Assembly (NCBI GenBank): GCA_951406725.2 | Contig: OX597817.1 | Span: forward strand, 136,710,001-136,774,000 | Direction of reading: 5' to 3' | Origin: Octopus vulgaris | Taxonomy: Eukaryota | Length of the DNA stretch: 64,000 nucleotides | Part shown: in pieces, positions 54,931 to 64,000 of the stretch | How the letters are laid out: the number at the start of each line of letters is the position of its first letter | Numbering within the stretch: the first letter of the stretch is position 1 | Program-made: the position numbers and the translations under genes | The notes under the pieces: model-generated | Database searches by the model: none | Seen by the model: the letters and a program-made list of their open reading frames with translations, nothing else | What the model was told of the DNA's origin: nothing

Positions 54931-55616
54931 CACTACTGTTGAGAAATTTGGATTATTCTTTTACAATGCAAGTATTTATTCTTGGCCTTATTCTTCCAAA
55001 TAAATCCGTTAATCTTTGCATAAATTTCTGATGTACAAAGATCAATAAGTATTTCAGCTTTGATTGGGTTTGATTGCTATGATCCTGAAAATAGATTTGT
55101 AACATTCAGAATAAAAATAAAGTGTAGTGGTGGGGAGGGAGGGGACGAAGAGGAGGAGGGGGAGAAGGTAGTAGTCGAAGTAGTTGTGACGGTGGTGATG
55201 TGGTGGTGGTGGTGGGGAGTCGGTTGTAACAATAGATGTCTGCTTCTGATGAAAACCTTGTCTTTTGAAGGTTTTCTGAATGTTCAGCTCTAAAGTTTCA
55301 GTGAGAAAACTGCAAGTAGCTTCAGTGTTGTTGTTGTCTGTGAGCGACCAATTGAAATAACCAGAGAGAGAAATTGTGTACAAAGCAGAGAGGAGACTGG
55401 TGGTGTAAGACAAATAGTAATGAAATTCATTTAGATAATGATATTTGATGTCTTTGATGATATTTAATACATGTGTATGTATATATATATATATATGTGT
55501 CTGTGTGTGTGTGTAATGTTTGTATATGTATGTTTGCATATATATATATGCGTGTGTGTCAATGTATACACACGCACACACATAATATATATAGTGTATG
55601 CATATATATATATATG

Positions 55617-55701
<85 letters not shown>

Positions 55702-55829
55702 TTATGTATATATATATATGTATGTATATATATGTATATGTATGTATATATGTGTATATATATGTATGTATATATATGTGTATATATATGTATGTATATA
55801 TATGTATATATATATGTATGTATGTATGT

Positions 55830-55865
<36 letters not shown>

Positions 55866-56899
55866 GTATATATATATATGTATGTATATATATGTATATA
55901 CATATGTATATACATATATGTATATATATATGTATATACATATATACATATATATATGTGTATATATATGTATATACATATATATGTGTGTATATATATG
56001 TATATACATATATATATATGTGTATATATGTATATACATATATATATGTGTATATATGTATATACATATATATATGTGTATATATATGTATATACATATA
56101 TACATATGTATATACATATATGTATATATGTATATATGTATGTATATGTATATACATGTATGTATATATGTATATGAATATTTCTGTTTGCATCTGTTTA
56201 AACATTTTTTACTGTCATTGTAAGATATTAAGTAGAATGCATTAGAAAAACCTATTTTTATGGATGGTGTGTGTGCATATATGTGTGTCTTTTTATGCTT
56301 CTATAAAGTTATTATTCAATGTGATTCTTTATATTTGTGAGAGATAGAGTGAAATAGTAGAGGACCAATCTACATATGATTCTACTTCAATTAGAAATTA
56401 GTAGATTGCAGAGAACCACTACATTGCTTCCGATTGCATAGGCTTTGTCTTCTGCAGCAGCACATATTCTATATTGTAAAATTTCCTCTTCATCGTTATT
56501 TTCATCATTTAACATCTTTCATGCAGGCAATGGTTTGGACGGTTTGATAGGCTCAGAATGGTTAGAGGACTGTGCCACACTCCTATGCCTACTTTAGCCT
56601 GGTTTCTACTGCTGGATACCCTTCTCAATACCATCTTTACAGAACATAGTGGGTGTTTTGTTTTTATGCCACCAGCACTACTGACGATGGCCTTGCAGAA
56701 CTAGAGTTTAAAGTGGCCCCTACAATTGAGAAAGAATAAAAGAGAGTGGAAAATTGTTCTTGGCGGAAAGATGATGGATGGTAAGTGAGAGGATGGGGGA
56801 AAATAGTAAGGAATGAGTAAGAGATAAGGGATTAGTGACAGGGGTTATTGAGAAAAGTTGGAGGATAGGGTGGGTTGTGTAGGAAGTAAGTGATGGCAG

Positions 56900-57080
56900 G
56901 TATGATTTGGTGAATATAGGTGCAAGTGCTGGGTACAATGTTTAAGTGTGATGGAAGGGGTATTGTCAGGGTCTGTTGCCTCTTTGTTTGAAACAGTAGA
57001 AAGTATTTTCATGTGTGGCATCTGTATAAGCAAACTGGAGAACCTTTTGGAATAGAAGACAGAGGATTCTGAAGGGATTG
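56900..57080 (-). mobile_element. CR1/L2-like LINE relic
   Basis: KILSTVSNKEATDPDNTPSITLKHC resembles the pre-RT K(A)xGPDxIPxxxLKxC motif. Confidence 0.5.
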
Positions 57081-57095
57081 GCCACTGGTGTACTA

Positions 57096-57273
57096 CAGTG
57101 GTTCCCAACACTTTTATTTCAATGAGTTTTCCCAAGGACCCCTTTTGATATGCTTATCCTTATGTAAATATATATATATTTATTTATAGATATATATAAA
57201 ATTTTGAATTTAGTTCATGGACTCCCAGTACAATCTTAGCAGACCACCAGGGGTCTGCTGATCCCAGGTTGAG
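57096..57273 (-). mobile_element. hAT-type MITE, one TIR decayed
   Basis: cagtggttcccaac terminus; internal blocks are reverse complements of 61017-61196. Confidence 0.7.
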
Positions 57274-57479
57274 GGGTAGGGATCAGCTGCAGTTTTGGTA
57301 GGTGAGATAGGTTGAGGGCCATATGATACACATAGACGTCCTTTGTACACCAGTTGCATTCCTGGGTAACTGTTTGGGGGTGAGTGGAGGAGATTCTCCA
57401 AGTGTTGTAGGCCTTTTTTTTTTGCCTGAACTTCTGTGTGTTTAAGCAATAAGCCACCCCATCTCTATTTTAGTCCCAT

Positions 57480-57708
57480 CCAATCAAAAAGGATCTTAGT
57501 CTTGTAGACTGTAAGATATCTTCAGTAGTGCTGGTGCTGTGTAAAATGCACCCATTACATTTTATAAAGGTATTAAGAAGGGCATTCAGCCATAGAAACC
57601 CTTCCAGAACAAACACCAGAGCACAATGCAGTCTTCAAGACCTGTTAGATCCTGTCAAACATCCAACCCATGCTAGCATGGAAAAATGAACATTAAATGA
57701 TGATGATG
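57480..57708 (+). mobile_element. Family B element
   Basis: gaagggcattcagcc...ccaacccatgctagcatgg followed by (GAT)n. Confidence 0.75.
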
Positions 57709-58313
57709 AGTAATAGATAAAGTAGGTGTTTACTTCTACCCCAAGCATTTCAATAAAAGTTCAAAGTCTTTGTTGACTTACATCTATGTTTATTGGTGAG
57801 CCATTGAAGTTAAACCTTTAGTTTCTTGTTACATATGTGTTCAATAAATAATGTTTTTTTTTTTTTGGGAATTTTTAGAATTTATGATGAACCAACTTGG
57901 TCAACTTCTCCTTGTTACTCTTTGTGTAATCAGATGGATCAGTCACTTCATGTCAAATATCAGATATTTCCAACTTTTGTTGAAATTTCTGGTTAAAGCA
58001 GGGTGTTAATTTGAAGGTTAAATCAACAAACTTTACTTCTGTCAGTCTTGACACAGATAGTTTAATCTTTAATCTTTTTCTATGTCAGTCATGACACAGA
58101 GTTTAATCTTTAAAGAAACCTTACCATTCTTTATCTGTCAGTTTTGCTTGAACCAAATTATTGATGCTGACATTAAAGTTGATATTTCTGAATAATTAGG
58201 AGACCTTGTGTCTTTATATGTTTGATTTGTTTAAAAAAACTAAATAATTAACGATAAAATATAATAATTGGCTCACTCTAATTAGTATTATCTAATTTCC
58301 TAACTGAGCTAAT

Positions 58314-58470
58314 TATCGGTATTAAATGATTCCATTAATTTTCAATGAAATCACACACTTTGTTATTCTTTGTACTTCAATCGTTGTGGAACCGAAAGTT
58401 TTATGCAATCTATTGTGGCATAGAATGTTGCTCAGATCCCAAGCACCTTGGTATCGCTTGGTTGTTGTTA
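58314..58470. repeat. 157-bp direct repeat, copy 1
   Basis: Identical to 59182-59338; begins and ends with TA. Confidence 0.95.
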
Positions 58471-59181
58471 TGAGTGACTTCTATACTCATCTTTAGTCAC
58501 ATGATGTGTAAGATTTCAAACAGTTTATACTTTGTCTTTTTTTGGTAAAAAACTAGAAAAAGAAAAAAATATACTTCTAGGTTGCCATTTCTCAATTGTG
58601 ATGAAGTTTTAATTATTCAAAATTATATTAAGGCAATGGAAGATATGTTAACTAATGTTTCTGGTGATATTGTTATTTATAATGTTGATGATGATGATCA
58701 TCATCATCATTTCTTTCTTAATAAAGAATTTGACTGTTGTTTTAAAGGTTTCTTTCTAAAGATTCTATCATCCTTTATTCACAGTCATGTTGTTATTTAC
58801 AAAACCAAATATTCACTCTTTTTTTTTTTTTTTATTAAATAATCCTTTCTTATCCTTTCTTGTTGTTAGTCATTTGTTAATGAAATGAAATTTCTCTTCT
58901 AAACTGGTAAAATGAAATCTTACAGTGATTGAACACTGCTTCTCTACACTAGTAACCTATTCATTAGTGTTTCCATCAACTCTGCATTTCCATTAGCCTA
59001 GTACCCAATTGTCTTTAGGGCTTCAATCTCTAAATATACACACATATCCTTTCATTAACCTTCGTCTTAAAATCTGTATTTCTGGGGCTCCTGTTTTCAT
59101 AATTGTGTCCCTTCTAAATAAAAATCTAATGTTCTTCTTCACCTTAAATTCAATCCTCGTTAATTTTTGATGCTTCAGGGC

Positions 59182-59338
59182 TATCGGTATTAAATGATTC
59201 CATTAATTTTCAATGAAATCACACACTTTGTTATTCTTTGTACTTCAATCGTTGTGGAACCGAAAGTTTTATGCAATCTATTGTGGCATAGAATGTTGCT
59301 CAGATCCCAAGCACCTTGGTATCGCTTGGTTGTTGTTA
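59182..59338. repeat. 157-bp direct repeat, copy 2
   Basis: Identical to 58314-58470. Confidence 0.95.
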
Positions 59339-59895
59339 AATATTGTTTGCTATTTCTATGTTCTTGGACTTTTTTATCCAATGTTTCCTATTAGTTGCAA
59401 ACTTATACTTTACTGAATGTTCCCAATAGCCATAAAATTTTGTTATTGTTGTTGTGGTGGTGGTAATAGTATCACCAACAACAATAGCAGTAGTAGTGGT
59501 GGTAGGTGCAATAGAAGTAGATTTGCAAGTAGACACCTCCCTCCCTCCCTCAACATAGAATTCGGAAGTGAGAAGTAAGGTAGTAGGGGTTTATCATCCA
59601 ATTACTCATCCAGCCGTTTGTAGTCTTCTAATTTCAGTTACTAAAATTTTACTCCTCAGAACTGGCTGGTCTTGTATATCCACCACTTACTATCCTCACC
59701 CCACACACACCCAATCCCATCTCTCCAACTCTTATTACAGTTGTTGTGCCCAACCCTTATTTCCCTAGAATTTCCACCTACTGAAATCTTCTTTCTGTTC
59801 ATCATGTTTTTTTTCTTAGATCTTACCTGTCTTAGAGGGGTCTGCATTGGTCAAGGACAATGCCCATTCTTACAGAATTAGCAGTTAAAAAATTG

Positions 59896-59929
<34 letters not shown>

Positions 59930-60809
59930 CCAAGTCACAGTTCCAAATATTTGGATTTCAATGGAAACTATATTATCGAAGAATAGAATTTCTTATTATT
60001 TTTTAATCTAAATTTTGTTGTGCCATTGACACGATGATTTATATGTATGATAGAGATAAATAACAATAACACTACCACTACTACTAAAACTACTACTACT
60101 AATAATAATAATTGCAACTGCAATACTATGAATAATAAACGTTAGTAGTTGGTCTATTTTTGATGTTTTAAGAAAGATGTCTTTTTAAATGAGGCAGTAT
60201 TTTTAGTAATGCAGCATATTTCACTTCTACTTGCTTCATGGAATATCTCAAAATAAATTGGCAAAATAATATTGTAATTAAAATCTATTTATTTATATTA
60301 ATTTTATGTCCCATCAGCATCTATAAATTCACTGACACCAAATTTTGACTAAAGAATTTCCACAAATGAAAGAATGGTTTGAGACTCCAACTTTTGTAGA
60401 ATTCCATGTGTTCGGTGAAACATTTCTTCTTATTTCTCTTAGTTTGGAAGTTTATCAACATTTAAATGGTAAAAACTAAAAAATAAAATTAAATAAAATA
60501 AAATTTTGCTGACGGTGGCTAAAAGAACAATTATTGATTGATTGAGTGAAAGACATTATATCACTCATTATGGTAATTATTAGTTATTTGCTGGCTATTT
60601 ACTGATTAGGGATACTTGAAAATTGTATGTAGGACCAGCACCAGTCTTTGATTAACTTCAACTCTTTAGTTCCAGATATGTTTTGTCAACAATTTAAAAT
60701 GGAAAAAATTCTGGTTTGGATTCAAAGCTGTTGAGTGACTCCACATTCAGTTTCCATTTTGATGATGAACAACTTATGAGAAGATACAGTGATATTTTTA
60801 TATTGGTAG

Positions 60810-61246
60810 ATATAAGCACTGGTACTTAATACCACATAGAAAGTACTGATGCTGGTACCATGCAAAAAATACTGGTGCTGCATAAAAAGCACCCTTTGTA
60901 CATTCTGTAAAGTGGTTGGTATTAGGAAGGGCATCCAGCTGTAGAAACTATGCCAAAACAGACAGTAGAACCTGGTGTGCTCTCAACCTTCCCAGTTCCT
61001 GTCAAACCATCTCACCCAGTGGTTCCCAACCTGTGGTCTGAAACCCCTGGTGGTTTTCAAAGGTAGTAACAGGGGTCAGTGAACTAAATTCAAAATTTCA
61101 TATATATATATAAGGATAAGTATATTAAAAGGGGTCCATGGAAAAAGTCTTTTAAATAAAAGGGGTGTTTGGTAGTGAAAAGGTTGGGGACCACTGCTCT
61201 AACCCATGCTGGCATGGAAAACAGATGTTAAGTGACGATGATGATG
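60810..61246 (+). mobile_element. Family B element interrupted by a hAT MITE
   Basis: gtcaaaccatctcacc|MITE|ctctaacccatgctggcatgg followed by (GAT)n. Confidence 0.8.
61017..61196 (+). mobile_element. hAT-type MITE
   Basis: 15-bp TIRs cagtggttcccaacc and ggttggggaccactg; decayed 8-bp TSD atctcacc/ctctaacc. Confidence 0.85.
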
Positions 61247-61748
61247 AATAATCTGTAGTATTTTGAAAAGCTGTTGGTATGGAAATATAAGGGTGGATGT
61301 GTGTATATGTTGTGCATTTTACACACATTATACAACTCTGTGTGTGTATGTGTATAGATGTATTCATATAATCCATTGTAGCCTGTAAAAATAGATGTAA
61401 AACTAAATTACTTATGATGTATGGCTATGTATAACTTTATTCCATAGTAAGTTTGTTCATGACTAAGAAAGCTTGCCTTTTAATGCTGTTTCCAATTTCA
61501 GGAACAGGCTGTGATTTTACCAAAGAAATCTCTCTGCCTACTGAAAATGTCAACCATCACAAACTACCTTCAATTTTTATCCCATTCTTAAATTGTCATT
61601 TTTTTTGGCTTTGACTACTCTGAAATCTAATTCCTCCTCTAGAATCATCAAAATAATTATTATAGCCATCTTCTCCCTCTCATGCTGAATTCAAGTTCTT
61701 CAACAAACTACAAACCATTTTACATCAACTTCCTTCCATTTAAATGTA

Positions 61749-61809
<61 letters not shown>

Positions 61810-63651
61810 ACATACACTATTTATCTTGGTAATTCTAGAAATTAACATTGATTATATGGAATTATTAATTAATACCTATAAGTATAAATTCTACAAGTTA
61901 CTGTAGCTAGGGAGACTCAGTTTAAAATGAAACTGGTTTATCAGTTGATGATCCAACAGTTTGTATCTTGGCACTAATCCCATTCAGCTGTGTTTGGCAA
62001 AGTTTGCCTGACTGGGAATGTTTACAGTAACAATAGATTTCAATGTTACATGCAGCAGTAGGAGCACTGTAAAATCACTGAGTGTTTCATTGTCTTTCTG
62101 TTCTGAGTTCGGTTTCTTCTATAGTATTCCAACCAGATACACTATTCAGTGCTACTTGACTCATTAACATGTTCTTTGATTATTCAATTTAATGACGAGT
62201 GTGTGTGTGTGTAAATAGAATTGTCAAGAATTGTATTAACATAACTTTATAATTCATGTGTCTGTCAAGATGGTTTATACTTTCCAATGAAAATATTTGA
62301 TTTCACAAAGGAATTTTTAAAGAGAAATCTTCTTCATATTTTGGCTAAACTTGTAGAATTTCATTCCCTATATTTCTTTCAGTTTTTAATTTTTATTTTA
62401 TTTTTCTTAATGGTTTACTCAGAGTATTCACAGACAGTTGTGTATTTCAAGAATACTTCATGAGATTTTCTCTTCCTATTTACTATTTCAATCTTCTCAT
62501 CTTATTCTCTCTTTATACCCTATCCTCAATCCATGACTATTTCTCACTGCCAATACTCCATCCTTCATAACCTGTTCATACTTTCCAACTGCTTTTCTTG
62601 TTGACATTTTCCATGGTTCTTCTTAACTATTGTAGTGGTTCCAAGCAGTCAATAATTCTCAGTACATTCACCAATGTTTTTATATTCATCCAACTGTTGC
62701 CATATTACTTCTCAAAGAATATAAGCCTGTGAAACTAATTGACTTTCTGTTATATCATCTTTATCTGTTTGTGATATCTAAAGAAGATCTGAGACATTAT
62801 TTGTCACAGGCACTTGTTTACAGCAGCAGTAACATGCAATTAGGTTTCAGGCTAAAGATATAGAAGAAATCTTGTTTCAAAAATAAAGTCTGAGCTTGTT
62901 ATACAAAAAACAATTGGAATTAAACCTCTTCATATAAGTTCTAACCTCCACACCACATTGCTGTGTCTGTTAAATGATAATTAACTCTTGAGGAATAGTT
63001 TACCTTTCTTTATCTCTTCATCTTTTCTTACCATTTTTGTTCAACAGAGTCTTTATCACTTCATAAAAGACTGTCTTTTATGCATCTTCTCAATGCATAT
63101 AGCAGAATTTATTCCTGTGTTAGTCTGGCCATCTTAGATGTATCTTTTAGATGAATCAAAAACCATTGTCCCTCTCTTTGTAAGGTTAGGGATCGAAGCC
63201 TTTTAAAATAAACTTTGACCTTTTTTTTTTCCTTTTAGAAAAGTTTTTTCTCCCCCACCAAATGTTGTTTGTAGAATAAATAGTTATTCCAGTGTCATGT
63301 TGCCAGTGATATTTACAGACAGACAAGTTGTAAGAAATGAGAGTTGGTCGACAAGCATTAGAAAAGTCGAAGTAAGGTTCTTCCTTAGAAATCATTGAAT
63401 GACTTTGATTTGATTTTGAGCTTCTACATTTTCTTCTTTTTGTCTTTGCTTTTCCTGTTTTCAGTCTTTGGATTATAGCCATGCTGGAGCACTAGCTTAT
63501 TTTCCTCTCTCAAATCAGTGATATCAGTCTCAGCACTTTGCCTGGTATGTATTTGATTGAGCTCATAAGGATGGAAGTCAGTCACCCAGGGCATAAAGGG
63601 ATGGAACAAAATACTACAGTAGTTTTGTGTGAAGTAGCAGTCCCCAGCCAC

Positions 63652-63689
<38 letters not shown>

Positions 63690-64000
63690 TATGTATATAT
63701 GCTCACAAACACACACACAAGCACACAGACATGTGAAAAATAGACAGACACCATTATTTTTAAAATTTTTATTTCTAGAAACAAAATAATGTGATGTGAT
63801 GCATAAAATACTTTATCTAGTCTTTACTTAAACATGTCTTGTGTAGTTTATTAAGTATTTAACGCATTTGGGCATTGTACTAATTGAATTGTGTTTGTGC
63901 AAGATTACAAGGTGTGTCTATTTACTTTTGAGATGTCTGTATATATGTGTTTGTTTGTGTGTGTAAGATTATATACAATGTATTCATGCTAAATTTGACA

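Noticed and set aside
55246-55290. CTGATGA followed by the hairpin gaaaacctt/aaggttttc
   Set aside because: No GAAA directly after the stem; likely a chance hairpin.
59190-59416. ORFs across the 157-bp duplicated unit
   Set aside because: Short, no recognisable domain, and no splice signals at the unit ends.

Overview
AT-rich, microsatellite-saturated, non-coding animal DNA. The SINE families and TA/CA repeat load resemble an Octopus (coleoid) genome; this is an inference from recalled repeat families, not a database match. No intact host protein-coding exon was recognised, and nearly all ORF-track entries are microsatellite artefacts or transposon relics. The window is probably a large intron or 5'UTR region, with a few weak +strand splice-site candidates. 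It holds many retroelement relics (Tx1/L1, RTE, R4/Dong, CR1-group, Penelope), at least four SINE-type families, a Tc1 transposon, hAT and pogo-type MITEs and a non-autonomous Helitron. The most unusual signal is a set of short modules in or next to TA/TAA microsatellites that carry minimal type-I hammerhead-ribozyme motifs from about six different sequence families. Three occur as inverted pairs with a ribozyme on each strand. One of these also has a tRNA-derived Pol III head and lies beside a Penelope RT/endonuclease relic. Repeat boundaries are approximate, read by eye, and no ribozyme activity is demonstrated.
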